DNA of 61,350 bases from Atribacterota bacterium (GCA_038203565.1 JBBRDV010000003.1:1-61350); one strand, 5' to 3'. Shown: positions 9,227-19,788, numbered from the stretch's first letter. Made by a program: numbers and translations. Notes: generated by a model from the letters alone, not told the origin.

Positions 9227-10357
9227 CTATGGTTTTAAAAATTTATAAACTAATTCATTATTAGCAAGAGCTTTTTCTTCTAAATTATTTACTTTTTTGA
9301 GTAAAATATCTTTTATCTTATCATTATTTTCTCTAACATATTCTATCTTTTCTTGAATATTTTTTAAAGAGATACCTTCATCTATTTCTAACAGCAACTC
9401 AGGCAATCCCAAATCTTCTACAAAATATTTCACTTTAGGATCATAATTAAAAGCTATAAAAGGAATATTAGCCATACTGGAAAATATAATTGAATGAAGT
9501 CTCACCCCAACCAGCAAAGATAATCGAGACAGAATAGAAAGTAATTCTTCAGGCTCAAGTTTTATTTTTAATACCTCGGCCTTATTCTTCATTAAAGATA
9601 ATATTTCTTCACTAATATGCACATCTTCATCAAATTTAAAGGGAAGAAAAATTATTTTTGCCTGGTAATTTTTAATTAAATAATCAGCTACTTGGGCAAA
9701 TATTCTTATTAAATCTGATCCATAGTTTTTATATTCTCTAACCGAAACCCCGATTAAGGGACGACTACTTTCATTAATCAATTCCTGAATATAAGGATAA
9801 CTATCTATGGTATGGTTAATATTTTTTTTCTTTAACAAAAAGACGGGATCAGAATTTACATATATTGATGGTTTCACCACTCCTAAATTTTCTAGTAATT
9901 CTTTAGAGGAGTTATCTCTTACGGTAATTAAATCAACATTATTTAAAATCCACTTCATTAACTTTTTGTTAATCTGCTTATTTACCGGACCGATACCCTG
10001 GGCATAAATCATAACCGGCACTTTGACTATTTTTGCTACCAATATCAACCCCAAGTAATATAATATGCTCCAGCCTTTTCCGGTTGAATCTTGGAGCAAT
10101 CCCCCACCCCCGCTAATAAAAAGATTAACATTTCGCAAACAACACATAATGCTAATTAGGTGCAGCCGGTTTATGGCTTTTACCTGATAAGTTCGGGAGG
10201 TCTGCAAAGGATTATGGGAAAGAACTGTTATCTTTATTTGAGGTATCTTTTCTTTAAAGGCTCCAACCATAGATTTAAGAATGGCTTCATCTCCGGTATT
10301 ATCAAAACCATAATAACCGGAGATCATTATCTTTACCATGGTTTTAGACTTTTTCAT
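9227..10357 (-). CDS. csaB: Polysaccharide pyruvyl transferase CsaB
   Basis: SGYYGFDNTGDEAIL, GGGGLLQDST, QGIGP, ITVRD and RLHS motifs. Confidence 0.93.
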   Translation of the reverse strand: MKKSKTMVKIMISGYYGFDNTGDEAILKSMVGAFKEKIPQIKITVLSHNPLQTSRTYQVKAINRLHLISIMCCLRNVNLFISGGGGLLQDSTGKGWSILYYLGLILVAKIVKVPVMIYAQGIGPVNKQINKKLMKWILNNVDLITVRDNSSKELLENLGVVKPSIYVNSDPVFLLKKKNINHTIDSYPYIQELINESSRPLIGVSVREYKNYGSDLIRIFAQVADYLIKNYQAKIIFLPFKFDEDVHISEEILSLMKNKAEVLKIKLEPEELLSILSRLSLLVGVRLHSIIFSSMANIPFIAFNYDPKVKYFVEDLGLPELLLEIDEGISLKNIQEKIEYVRENNDKIKDILLKKVNNLEEKALANNELVYKFLKP

Positions 10358-12356
10358 AGTTAATTCTTTTCCTAAATATTTTTACCAGATAATAAAATAC
10401 AATAACTACTATCAATCCTAGTACCAGGCCTAACCATGCTCCATTAAAGGTGCGTAACATTGAAAATAAAAAGGGAGTGTGAATATGACAGAAGGTATTA
10501 ATTAAAGTAACCGGACCTATAGTCCCAACAACAATTATCGGAATCTTAAATTCTTTTATTTTTAAGTAATTCATACTTATCGCTAATAATAGAGCGGGAT
10601 AACCGACTAAAAACTCTTTATTTCGGGGTCGGGCAATTAAAGTCTTTTCTAAGAAGATCCTTATCTTCTCCTCAATACTCAAAACAGGGAGAAAAGAAAA
10701 ATTCCCTGAACGAGAGATATAGATTACCAAAAATAACGCAAAGAAAACCATTATAATTACATGTTCAATCAGGATGGGCTTCTTGATATTTTCCAAAATC
10801 ATTAATTTTCCCTTATTCACCTTTAACCACATTATTGCCAGGACCAAAAGAAGCGGAACCAGATAAGAAATCTTTATTCCGCTAAACTGTTCTATCCCCA
10901 ACATAAATTTATTATTGCTTAATAAAGCTGCTATTAAAAGAGCGCCGGATAAAGAAATTAAAATTATCCTGAAAAATCCGGATAAAACCTTTTTTATCAT
11001 CTCATTAAAACTGGGATTATTTTTAGAAAAATCTTGGTCATCTTTAAATTTAGAATTATTATTTCCCAAAAAATACCTTTCGTTATTAATGATTGCCAAA
11101 GTAGGAAATATTATAGCTGCCAGTAAAGCCATCAATTTTATTAAAAATATTTCTCGATTTAAAAAGAAGAGGAATAGAGAAAATAAGATTCCTAAAAATA
11201 ACAGAGAATATTCTTGATATTTTTTTAAGTTGAAAACTTTTTTTAAGAGGATTAATCCCCCGGAAATAACTCCCAGGATTAATAAAAGAATAAATATTTT
11301 TGGTTCTTGGTAGGGAGCAGAAAGAATACTGGCTTTTCCTGTCTTAAAACCATTAGCTTTCAACTCTTCTTTTATGGTTGTAATATAAGCTAAATTTTCC
11401 TCGATAAGATCAGAATCAGACTTCATAAAAGGGTTAATATAAAAAATCCTCACCTTTCTTTCTTTAGCTGCCCTAATCCATCTTTCTGTGGCTTTTTGTT
11501 TAGAAATAATGTCCATTTCTTCTTTGGTAATACTATGAACTCTGGCTGCTAATTCGCTTGCTTGATGAGCGACTGTTTCAATCCCTTTTTGATCAGCAAA
11601 TTCTATAATTCCGAAAGAATATTCTTTTAATTTTAGAAGTTCTGCGGTATGAATTAAGTTTTCTTTTGAAGGGTAACCTAAAGCTGTTTCCCCATCAAAA
11701 ATTATTCCCGAAATCTTTCCGGCCTTATCACTTTCTTTAAATTTAAACTCTACATCTTCCTTATTAATTTGAGGAAAATTTTTAAGACGTAAAATGACCT
11801 GAAAGCCCAAATTTCTTACCAGCTCAATATCTTCTTCTGAAAATCCTAAACCTAAATCAGCAAGTTTTTCTTCACTCCCTTTCACTTTTAAACCTATATA
11901 AGGAAGAAAACCAAGATCTCTTACTAAATCTTCGCCTAATTGTCTTTGTAAATTTTCCTTTATACGAAGATAATCATTTTTATCATTGAATATAATATAA
12001 GCTTCTCCTGGCGAAGGTTGAAATTTTTCAAAGGGATCAATCGATCTTAAGAAGAAATTTAATTTATTAAGTTCTTCATTAGAAAAATAGAGTATCTTTC
12101 CAGAAAAAACGAGATTTTCCAGGATATCTTCATGAATGGCTATTGAATTAATCCCGGAGTGTTTTATTTTAGCCAACAGTTCAATTTCATCATGGCCTTC
12201 CTGATAAGATAATTCTCGTAATTCATTCAGGCTCATTACCAATTCTACTTGTTTAAAATTACTCTCTAAGCGGGAACGATGAAAAGTAATAATCCCGGCA
12301 ACTACTAAAGCGATAATAATAAAAAAAATCAAAACCGAATAAGATTTTTTAAGCAC
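10344..12356 (-). CDS. DUF5693-like membrane protein (N-terminal TM, large extracytoplasmic domain, multi-TM C-terminus)
   Basis: GTG at 12356 after GGAAAAGGAG. Motifs RVHSI, ERWIRAAKERKVR, RPRNKEFLVGYP and NTFCHIHTP match my recollection of the family that usually neighbours csaB. Confidence 0.72.
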   Translation of the reverse strand: MLKKSYSVLIFFIIIALVVAGIITFHRSRLESNFKQVELVMSLNELRELSYQEGHDEIELLAKIKHSGINSIAIHEDILENLVFSGKILYFSNEELNKLNFFLRSIDPFEKFQPSPGEAYIIFNDKNDYLRIKENLQRQLGEDLVRDLGFLPYIGLKVKGSEEKLADLGLGFSEEDIELVRNLGFQVILRLKNFPQINKEDVEFKFKESDKAGKISGIIFDGETALGYPSKENLIHTAELLKLKEYSFGIIEFADQKGIETVAHQASELAARVHSITKEEMDIISKQKATERWIRAAKERKVRIFYINPFMKSDSDLIEENLAYITTIKEELKANGFKTGKASILSAPYQEPKIFILLLILGVISGGLILLKKVFNLKKYQEYSLLFLGILFSLFLFFLNREIFLIKLMALLAAIIFPTLAIINNERYFLGNNNSKFKDDQDFSKNNPSFNEMIKKVLSGFFRIILISLSGALLIAALLSNNKFMLGIEQFSGIKISYLVPLLLVLAIMWLKVNKGKLMILENIKKPILIEHVIIMVFFALFLVIYISRSGNFSFLPVLSIEEKIRIFLEKTLIARPRNKEFLVGYPALLLAISMNYLKIKEFKIPIIVVGTIGPVTLINTFCHIHTPFLFSMLRTFNGAWLGLVLGLIVVIVFYYLVKIFRKRINYEKV

Positions 12357-12450
12357 AATGATATCTCCTTTTCCTTCACTCAATATCTGGTAAACTGAAA
12401 ATATTTTAGCATATTTGTAATAAGAAGTAAAAAACAATCGGTAAAAATAT

Positions 12451-12661
12451 AGTATCGAGTATCGAGTATCGAGTTAAGAAAGAAAAAGAAAAGATGGAAA
12501 AAAAGTAGCATTCTTCTTTATTATTTAACTAACCGTACTGAAGTTCATGCTGATAAAAAAGTATCGAGTTTGAAAAACTAAAGAAAAAAGAATATAAAAA
12601 CAAAAGCAAACACTATTCTCCGCTTTCTTATCTATATACTTTATACTCGATACTCGATACT
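12451..12661. repeat. Composite intergenic element bounded by inverted AGTATCG/CGATACT heptamer arrays
   Basis: (AGTATCG)3 at 12451-12471 and the inverse array at about 12644-12661; internal blocks shared with 41986-42064. Confidence 0.7.
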
Positions 12662-12664
12662 GCT

Positions 12665-14206
12665 TTATACGCCATATCCTTCTTCATCATAATTATTGTT
12701 ACCATTTAATATTTCAATACCTAAGTGATATTTTTTAGCAATTTTCTTCTTCAGAAAATCTCTGGCTACTTCCGGAAATAAAATATAAGATAAAATATCT
12801 TCTATATTTTCGGTAAAATATGGTGCTTCCTTTTTAACTTTTTCAATAGAAGGTTCTAATAAATCAGCAGGTCGGCATTTAATTATATCACTTTTATTAA
12901 TCTTTGCCTTCTTAAAAATTTTTGGGTCAATAGGAGCAGGCGGCCGACCATAAAATCCCCTAATATATTTACGAACTTCTTCCGGAATCATCTTATAACG
13001 TTCCTTTAAAATAACATTTAAGGTCGCTTGAGTTCCTACAATCTGACTGGTAGGAGTAACCAGTGGCGGATAGCCTAATTCCTTTCGAACTTGCGGAATC
13101 TCTTTCAAAACTTCTTCATATTTATCTTCAGCTTTCTGTTGTTTTAGTTGAACAGATAAATTAGACAGCATTCCTCCCGGAATCTGATAAGTTAATACTT
13201 GAGTATCAATTCCTGGAATATTTGATTCCATATCTTTGTGATTTTCTCTCACTTTTTTAAAGTAAGCGGCAATTTCATAGGCTAATTTCAAATCTAACCC
13301 GGTATCACGAGATGTTCCTCTCAAGGTTTCCACCAAAGGTTCCACGGCAGGTTGGGAGGTTTGAAGAGCTAAAGAAGATATCGCTGTATCTACCACATCT
13401 ACTCCAGCTTCTACAGCTTTTAAGTAAGCCATCATCCCCATTCCACTAGTAAAATGACAATGCAGTTGAAGGGGTATTGAGACAACTTCTTTAATAGCTT
13501 TAATTAAAGCAAAAGCTTCATAAGGAGAAATTAAGCCGGCCATATCTTTTATGCAAATCGAATCTGCTCCCATCTGCTCCATTTCTTGAGCCATTTTTAC
13601 GAAGGCATCATGGGTATGAACTGGACTTATAGTATAACAGACAGCTCCTTGAATATGAGCACCCTCTGATTTAACCACTTTAAAAGCAGTCTCCATATTA
13701 CGAATATCGTTCAGAGCATCAAAAATGCGGATAATGTCTAATCCATTAGCTATTGCTCTTTTTATAAATTCGGTTACCACATCATCAGAATAATGTTTAT
13801 AACCTAATATATTCTGTCCCCGTAATAACATTTGAAGCTTAGTATTAGGAAGATGCTTTCTTAAAATTCTCAATCGCTCCCAAGGGTCTTCATTAAGAAA
13901 CCGCAGGCAACTATCAAAAGTAGCCCCTCCCCAGATTTCCATGGAATAAAATCCCACTGCGTCTAATTTATCACAGATAGGCACCATCTCCTCGATAGTC
14001 ATCCGAGTAGCTATTAATGATTGTTGGGCATCTCTTAATGTTGTATCTGTAATTTTAAGCGGTTTTTTTAGCTGTGATTTTTCTTTTAAAAGTATATCCT
14101 GGGGAGTATTGTCTTTTTTTAAAGAAATGTTTCCTTCTAAAGCACTGTCATTTATTATTTTTATATCAGAATCTGCTATTTTTATTAATGTTGCATTTTC
14201 TCCCAT
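12665..14206 (-). CDS. Pyruvate/oxaloacetate carboxyltransferase (OadA / transcarboxylase 5S-like, no biotinyl domain)
   Basis: TLRDAQQSLIATRM, WGGATFD, EDPWERL, IKDMAG, HCHFTSG, QIPGGM and LVTPTSQIVG motifs; about 45 aa N-terminal extension. Confidence 0.92.
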   Translation of the reverse strand: MGENATLIKIADSDIKIINDSALEGNISLKKDNTPQDILLKEKSQLKKPLKITDTTLRDAQQSLIATRMTIEEMVPICDKLDAVGFYSMEIWGGATFDSCLRFLNEDPWERLRILRKHLPNTKLQMLLRGQNILGYKHYSDDVVTEFIKRAIANGLDIIRIFDALNDIRNMETAFKVVKSEGAHIQGAVCYTISPVHTHDAFVKMAQEMEQMGADSICIKDMAGLISPYEAFALIKAIKEVVSIPLQLHCHFTSGMGMMAYLKAVEAGVDVVDTAISSLALQTSQPAVEPLVETLRGTSRDTGLDLKLAYEIAAYFKKVRENHKDMESNIPGIDTQVLTYQIPGGMLSNLSVQLKQQKAEDKYEEVLKEIPQVRKELGYPPLVTPTSQIVGTQATLNVILKERYKMIPEEVRKYIRGFYGRPPAPIDPKIFKKAKINKSDIIKCRPADLLEPSIEKVKKEAPYFTENIEDILSYILFPEVARDFLKKKIAKKYHLGIEILNGNNNYDEEGYGV

Positions 14207-14279
14207 AAATTTAAATCAAAACCTCCTTGAGTAATTTTAATACTCTATTCGATGAATAAATCGAATTCTATATATAAAC

Positions 14280-14301
14280 AACGCAGGCTAAAACCTGCGT
14301 T
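14280..14301. repeat. REP-like hairpin AACGCAGG-CTAAAA-CCTGCGTT
   Basis: Perfect 8-bp GC-rich inverted repeat between mmdB and the carboxyltransferase gene. Confidence 0.5.
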
Positions 14302-14350
14302 ATAAAAAACTAAATATTGCGAATATTGATATATAACATATGTAAAAAGG

Positions 14351-14407
14351 GTAGGGGGCGGATTTATCCGCCCCGATTTTTACGGGTTTGATAAATCAAA
14401 CCCCTGC
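14351..14407. repeat. REPIN (two inverted GTAG-type REPs)
   Basis: GTAGGGGGCGGATTTATCCGCCCC ... GGGTTTGATAAATCAAACCCCTGC. Confidence 0.75.
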
Positions 14408-14467
14408 ACATCACTCATCACATATTATTATTTTCTTCACGATATACGATATACTCGATACAAAATT

Positions 14468-15586
14468 TTATTGTAATAAAGTCAACATCACTCCAGCAGC
14501 AACTGCGGTTCCTATTACTCCTGCTACATTAGGACCCATAGCATGCATTAATAAAAAATTTCTTGGATCTGCTTCCCTGCCTACTTTCTGAACCACTCTG
14601 GCAGCCATAGGTACAGCCGACACTCCGGCAGCGCCAATCAAAGGATTAATATTTCCCCCGGTAATTTTATTTAATAATTTAGCAAATAAAACTCCCCCGG
14701 CTGTCCCAAAACCAAAAGCGATTAAACCTAAGATTATTATTTTAATAGTATTAACGGTCAAAAAATATTCAGCTTGCATGGTTGCTCCTACAGAAGTAGA
14801 TAAAAATATGGTGACGATATTGATTAATTCATTTTGAGCTGTCTTAGATAATCTGTCCACTACTAAACTTTCTCTAAATAAGTTTCCCAGCATTAACATC
14901 CCGATAATGGGGACCGAAGCTGGTAATAAAAGGCCGATTAAAACAGTCGAAATAATGGGAAAGACTATCTTCTCTGACCGGGATACTGGCCTTAGTTGTT
15001 TCATCACTATTTTTCTTTCCTCTATGGTAGTTAATAATTTCATTATGGGAGGCTGAATTATAGGAACCAATGACATATAAGAATATGCCGCCACCGCTAC
15101 AGCTCCCAGTAATTGAGGAGCCATTTTAACGGTAAGATAGATTGCGGTTGGTCCATCTGCTCCGCCAATAATTCCTATAGAAGCTGCTTCCTGTATATTA
15201 AATCCCAAAAGCACTGACCCAATTAAAGCTATAAATACACCTACTTGAGCAGCTGCACCCAAAAGGAAGGTTATCGGATTGGCTAATAAAGGACCGAAAT
15301 CAGTCATTGCTCCAATCCCCAGAAATATTAAACAGGGATATACTTCATGTTTTATTCCCCACGAAATAAAATATAAAAGACCGCCCTCTTCCATTATTCC
15401 GGTTATGGGTAAATTTACTAATATTGCTCCAAAGCCGATAGGTACAAGAAGTAAGGGTTCACATTTCTTTACGATGGCAAAATACAATAATACTCCACCC
15501 ACAATAAGCATTATTATATTACCTACAGTAAGTTCAGCAAATCCTGAAAGGGTAAATAAGGAAAGGACTTTCATTAAAAGATCCAT
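14468..15586 (-). CDS. mmdB: Na+-transporting carboxybiotin decarboxylase beta subunit
   Basis: [26 protein letters not shown] and [12 protein letters not shown] motifs. Confidence 0.95.
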   Translation of the reverse strand: MDLLMKVLSLFTLSGFAELTVGNIIMLIVGGVLLYFAIVKKCEPLLLVPIGFGAILVNLPITGIMEEGGLLYFISWGIKHEVYPCLIFLGIGAMTDFGPLLANPITFLLGAAAQVGVFIALIGSVLLGFNIQEAASIGIIGGADGPTAIYLTVKMAPQLLGAVAVAAYSYMSLVPIIQPPIMKLLTTIEERKIVMKQLRPVSRSEKIVFPIISTVLIGLLLPASVPIIGMLMLGNLFRESLVVDRLSKTAQNELINIVTIFLSTSVGATMQAEYFLTVNTIKIIILGLIAFGFGTAGGVLFAKLLNKITGGNINPLIGAAGVSAVPMAARVVQKVGREADPRNFLLMHAMGPNVAGVIGTAVAAGVMLTLLQ

Positions 15587-15605
15587 TTAAATTCTCCTTT
15601 CTATT

Positions 15606-16019
15606 CTAACCTATTACCATTAAGACATCGCCAGTATCTACCATATCATTTGCGGCTACATTTATTTTTTTTATATTTCCAGAAACATTGGCTATAATTT
15701 CATTTTCCATCTTCATTGCCTCTAAGATTAATAAAGTATCTCCCTCTTTTATAATATCTCCTTCCGATACTTTTAGCTGGAGTATCTTACCCGGCATAGG
15801 TGCTACTACTTCTTCTCCAGCTACCGCTGCAGTTGGTGCTTTGGAAGGAGCTGGATTAGATGAAGGCTTAACTAGTTTTTGACTTGCCGGCTCTTCCTTT
15901 ATTTTAGTTGCAACCGATTGAGGAACAGAAATAGTTCCCGCTGATGATTCATTTCCTCCTACTTCTTCTACTTCTACTTCATATACTTTACCGTCTACTT
16001 TAATTTGAAATTTTCTCAT
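15606..16019 (-). CDS. mmdC: Biotin carboxyl carrier (gamma) subunit
   Basis: Ala/Pro linker and EAMKM biotinylation motif. Confidence 0.93.
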   Translation of the reverse strand: MRKFQIKVDGKVYEVEVEEVGGNESSAGTISVPQSVATKIKEEPASQKLVKPSSNPAPSKAPTAAVAGEEVVAPMPGKILQLKVSEGDIIKEGDTLLILEAMKMENEIIANVSGNIKKINVAANDMVDTGDVLMVIG

Positions 16020-16059
16020 TTTACTTACTCTTCTCCTTTTTCTTCAATATTAATATTTA

Positions 16060-16419
16060 TTATCTTTTTTCTAACCTTAATTCTTGTCTCCCCATAGCAG
16101 CCCAGGGAGTAATCAAAGATGTTTGATATTTTTTAATACTCAGTATTTTAAATTTACTTTTCGGTTTTTCTAAACATGTAGCTACCGCTGCAGTAATTAA
16201 TGCTACTAATTTGCCTTCAACTTCTTCTTTTTCTTTTATTTTGACAGTACTTATTGTTGGAGGGACAATCATAGTTTCCTTAGTTGTCTTCTTTGTTTCG
16301 TTAATTCCTATGATATTCTTTAATAATACCATAACTAAAGCTAATCCACCCAGAACTGCAAATACTAAAATCATATCTATAATTGCTATCTGTATAGCTC
16401 CATTGATACCTTCAAACAT
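16060..16419 (-). CDS. mmdD: OadG/MmdD family decarboxylase subunit
   Basis: Single N-terminal TM, LVALITAAV, C-terminal WAAMGRQE; located between mmdA and mmdC. Confidence 0.85.
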   Translation of the reverse strand: MFEGINGAIQIAIIDMILVFAVLGGLALVMVLLKNIIGINETKKTTKETMIVPPTISTVKIKEKEEVEGKLVALITAAVATCLEKPKSKFKILSIKKYQTSLITPWAAMGRQELRLEKR

Positions 16420-16528
16420 ATTTATTCTATCCTCCTTCTTTAATAGTCGTTAGTCGTTAGTGAATAATATATAGTTAAAAGCTAAAAGCTAAAAACCATA
16501 ACCTAAAACTTTCTTTGTATTGTTTGTT

Positions 16529-16601
16529 GTAGGGGTCGAATTTATTCGACCCGAATTATTTCGATAATTTTTCTTGCGGGCTTGATAAATCAAGCCCCTA
16601 C
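16529..16601. repeat. REPIN
   Basis: GTAGGGGTCGAATTTATTCGACCC ... GGGCTTGATAAATCAAGCCCCTAC. Confidence 0.8.
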
Positions 16602-16624
16602 TTCTGTTATTTCCGCATTTTTAT

Positions 16625-16648
16625 GTCATTCCCGCGGAAGCGGGAATC
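16625..16648. repeat. dRS3-like palindrome ATTCCC-N8-GGGAAT
   Basis: GTCATTCCCGCGGAAGCGGGAATC. Confidence 0.65.
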
Positions 16649-16691
16649 TATTCTTGACAGCTGAAACGCTCGCTCTACGTTTACTTATCTC

Positions 16692-16716
16692 GGGCAGACA
16701 CAAGGTCTGCCCCTAC
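16692..16716 (-). repeat. REP GTAGGGGCAGACCTTGTGTCTGCCC
   Basis: Identical 25-mer at 16692, 23139, 37388 and 61166. Confidence 0.85.
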
Positions 16717-16737
16717 CACAAACGACTATATACTAAT

Positions 16738-18294
16738 TTAAACTGGGAAATTACCGTGTTTCTTTGCTGGTCTACTTTCTCTTTTTGTAGATAGCATTTC
16801 AAAAGTTGTTATAAGACGTGGCCTGGTTTCCCGAGGGTCAATAACCATATCAACATAACCTCGTTTGGCCGCTTCATAAGGGTTAGAAAATTTTAGTTGA
16901 AACTCATCAATCTTTTCTTGACGAACTTTTTCAGGATTTTCCGCTTTTTCAATTTCTTTTCTAAAGATGATATTAGCAGCCCCTTGAGAACCCATTACCG
17001 CAATTTCCGCTGTAGGCCAGGCGATTACCTGATCTGCTCCTAAATCCCTGCTACACATTGCCAGATAAGCTCCTCCGTAAGATTTACGAACAATCAAAGT
17101 AATTTTGGGAACAGTAGCTTCGGAATAAGCATAAAGCAATTTTGCTCCATGCCGGATAATCCCCCCATATTCTTGAGCAGTCCCTGGTAAAAATCCCGGA
17201 ACATCTACTAAAGTTAGGATGGGAATATTAAAAGCATCGCAAAATCTGATAAAACGAGCAGCTTTATCAGAAGCATCAATATCTAAACAGCCCGCTAAGA
17301 CTTTTGGTTGATTAGCGATTATACCTAGGGATTGGCCATTTAATCTGGCAAACCCGGTAAGCATATTGGTTGCAAAATAAGATTGGGATTCAAAAAAGTC
17401 TCCTTCATCCACAATATATTTTATTACATCTTTCATTTCATAAGGTTTATTGGGATCTGTAGGTACAATATTTAAAAGAGCCTCTTCCATCCGATTAGGA
17501 TCATCATTACATTCCATTTGGGGAGTATTTTCCATATTATTAGAGGGTAAATAACTGATTAATTTTCTTACCATTTGGTAAACTTCTTCTTCGTTCTCAG
17601 CAGCAAAATGAGCCACTCCACTCTTCCTATTATGAGTCATAGCTCCCCCTAATTTTTCGGAAGTAACTACTTCTCCGGTAACTGCTTTAATCACATCTGG
17701 TCCGGTAATATGCATTATACCCACATTCTTTACCATAAATACAAAATCCATTATGGCAGGAGAGTAGACTGCTCCTCCAGCAGCTGGACCAGCAATGATT
17801 GATATCTGAGGGATTACTCCTGATGCAATGGTATTACGATAAAATATTTGACCATAACCACTTAGGGAATCTACTCCTTCTTGAATGCGAGCTCCACCAG
17901 AATCGTTTATCCCGATACATGGTGCACCCATTTTCATAGCCATATCCATTACCTTACATATCTTCTTAGCGTGCATTTCCCCCAATGAACCGCCCATAAC
18001 GGTAAAATCCTGAGCAAAAACATAAATCAACCTTCCATCGATAGTTCCATAACCAGTTATAACTCCCTCACCAGGCGCTTCCATTTTATCCATTCCAAAG
18101 TTGCTACATCTGTGCTCAACTAACATATCAAGTTCCACAAAGCTATCTTTATCTAAAAGAAGGTCAATCCTTTCCCGAGCAGTAAGTTTACCTTTTTCAT
18201 GTTGAGCTTGTATTCTTTTCTTTCCTCCAGCTGCTTTTACTTTTTCTTCTCTTTCTCTTAAATTTTTCATTAACTCATCAATTGATAATTTCAT
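16738..18294 (-). CDS. mmdA: Methylmalonyl-CoA carboxyltransferase / decarboxylase alpha subunit
   Basis: [36 protein letters not shown] and KKHGNFPV motifs. Confidence 0.95.
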   Translation of the reverse strand: MKLSIDELMKNLREREEKVKAAGGKKRIQAQHEKGKLTARERIDLLLDKDSFVELDMLVEHRCSNFGMDKMEAPGEGVITGYGTIDGRLIYVFAQDFTVMGGSLGEMHAKKICKVMDMAMKMGAPCIGINDSGGARIQEGVDSLSGYGQIFYRNTIASGVIPQISIIAGPAAGGAVYSPAIMDFVFMVKNVGIMHITGPDVIKAVTGEVVTSEKLGGAMTHNRKSGVAHFAAENEEEVYQMVRKLISYLPSNNMENTPQMECNDDPNRMEEALLNIVPTDPNKPYEMKDVIKYIVDEGDFFESQSYFATNMLTGFARLNGQSLGIIANQPKVLAGCLDIDASDKAARFIRFCDAFNIPILTLVDVPGFLPGTAQEYGGIIRHGAKLLYAYSEATVPKITLIVRKSYGGAYLAMCSRDLGADQVIAWPTAEIAVMGSQGAANIIFRKEIEKAENPEKVRQEKIDEFQLKFSNPYEAAKRGYVDMVIDPRETRPRLITTFEMLSTKRESRPAKKHGNFPV

Positions 18295-18342
18295 TAATTT
18301 ATCTTACCACCTTTCTCTGGTCTTTTTATAAGTAATCAAGCA

Positions 18343-18411
18343 TCCAGAATCCAGGAGTCAGAAGAATTTTTAATACAACTTCTGGTTTCTGGATTCTGAC
18401 TACTGACTTCT
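18343..18411. repeat. Inverted heptamer arrays (CCAGAAT / TTCTGGA type) forming a hairpin
   Basis: TCCAGAATCCAGGAGTCAGAAG ... CTTCTGGTTTCTGGATTCTGACTACTGACTTCT. Confidence 0.55.
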
Positions 18412-18418
18412 ATTTTTT

Positions 18419-18823
18419 CTATTCATTTCTTTCACTTAGTTCAATTAGAATGCCATTAGTATCCTTAGGATGTAAGAAGGCCATCTTAGCTCCGCCTGCT
18501 CCATACCTCGGCTTTTCGTCAATTAACCTAACTCCTTCCTTTTTTAATTTCTCTAGTGCTTTCTCGATATTATCAACTCTAAAGGCAATATGTTGAATCC
18601 CTTCACCTTTCTTCTCAATAAATTTGGCAATCGGACCCTCGGGTGAAGTGGATTCTAATAGTTCTAATTCACTATCACCTAAAGGCAAAAAAGCAACTTT
18701 AACTTTCTGCTCTTCTACAATCTCTTCGCCAGCAACTTTCAACCCCAGTATGTTGCTAAAAAGCTCACTGGTTTTTTCAATACTTCTTACCGCGATTCCA
18801 ATATGATCAATCTTTTCTATCAT
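18419..18823 (-). CDS. mce: Methylmalonyl-CoA epimerase
   Basis: IDHIGIAV, ELELLE, GEGIQHIAF, FLHPK and LIELSE VOC-fold motifs. Confidence 0.95.
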   Translation of the reverse strand: MIEKIDHIGIAVRSIEKTSELFSNILGLKVAGEEIVEEQKVKVAFLPLGDSELELLESTSPEGPIAKFIEKKGEGIQHIAFRVDNIEKALEKLKKEGVRLIDEKPRYGAGGAKMAFLHPKDTNGILIELSERNE

Positions 18824-19778
18824 TTTTTATACCTCCCTGTGTATAAGAATGCACTAATATACTTGACAATTTCTCTACAGCAGTATAAGGATCTTCTTCC
18901 CGTTTTACTATTTTAGTTACTATCTTATCTAAAAATCCGTTATCAATAAAAGTTGAAAGTATTTCTTTCCATTGTTCCCGAATAAGGTCAAATATCTCTT
19001 TCTTGGCACTATCCCGGCGTCTTTGTTCTAACTCCCCACTTTCCTTTAGAAATTTAATATGTCGATCAATCTCTTCCAAAAGTTTTTTAATACCGACATT
19101 GTCTGTAGCTATAGTCTTTAGAACCGGAGGACGCCATCTGCTATTTTGATTTAAATCTAACATCATTTCTATCTCAGTAGCTAAACGTTCACAACCTTCT
19201 TTGTCTGCTTTGTTAATTACAAAAATATCTCCTATTTCCATTATCCCGGCTTTTATAATCTGGACATCGTCTCCCATTCCCGGCATGCTTATCAATACGA
19301 CTGTATCAGCTACTTTAACTATATCTACTTCTGATTGACCTACGCCTACTGTTTCAATAATTATTATATCCTTACCCAGCGCATCTAATATCTTAACCGT
19401 TGCCTGGGTAGCTTGAGAAAGTCCCCCCAGATGCCCTCGAGTACTCATGCTTCTAATAAAAACACCTTTATCTAAACTAAGATCCTGCATGCGAATTCTA
19501 TCCCCTAACAATGCGCCGCCGGTAAATGGACTAGCCGGGTCTATGGCAATAATTCCAACGGTTTTTCCCTGTCCACGTAAAATTTTGGTAATTTTATCAG
19601 TGACAGTGCTTTTCCCTGAACCGGGGGGGCCGGTTAAGCCTATTACCAGGGCCTTTCCGGTATAATTATAGAGCTTTTTTAAAATCTCTTGAGCTTGGTT
19701 AAAGTTATTTTCTACTAAAGTTATCAGCTTAGCAGCTGCTCTGCGGTCACCATTGGTTATTTTTTCTACAATTTCCAT
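18807..19778 (-). CDS. meaB: Methylmalonyl-CoA mutase-associated GTPase
   Basis: GPPGSGKST, GGALLGDRIRM, ETVGVGQSE and NKAD motifs. Confidence 0.95.
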   Translation of the reverse strand: MEIVEKITNGDRRAAAKLITLVENNFNQAQEILKKLYNYTGKALVIGLTGPPGSGKSTVTDKITKILRGQGKTVGIIAIDPASPFTGGALLGDRIRMQDLSLDKGVFIRSMSTRGHLGGLSQATQATVKILDALGKDIIIIETVGVGQSEVDIVKVADTVVLISMPGMGDDVQIIKAGIMEIGDIFVINKADKEGCERLATEIEMMLDLNQNSRWRPPVLKTIATDNVGIKKLLEEIDRHIKFLKESGELEQRRRDSAKKEIFDLIREQWKEILSTFIDNGFLDKIVTKIVKREEDPYTAVEKLSSILVHSYTQGGIKNDRKD

Positions 19779-19788
19779 TTAATTTACC

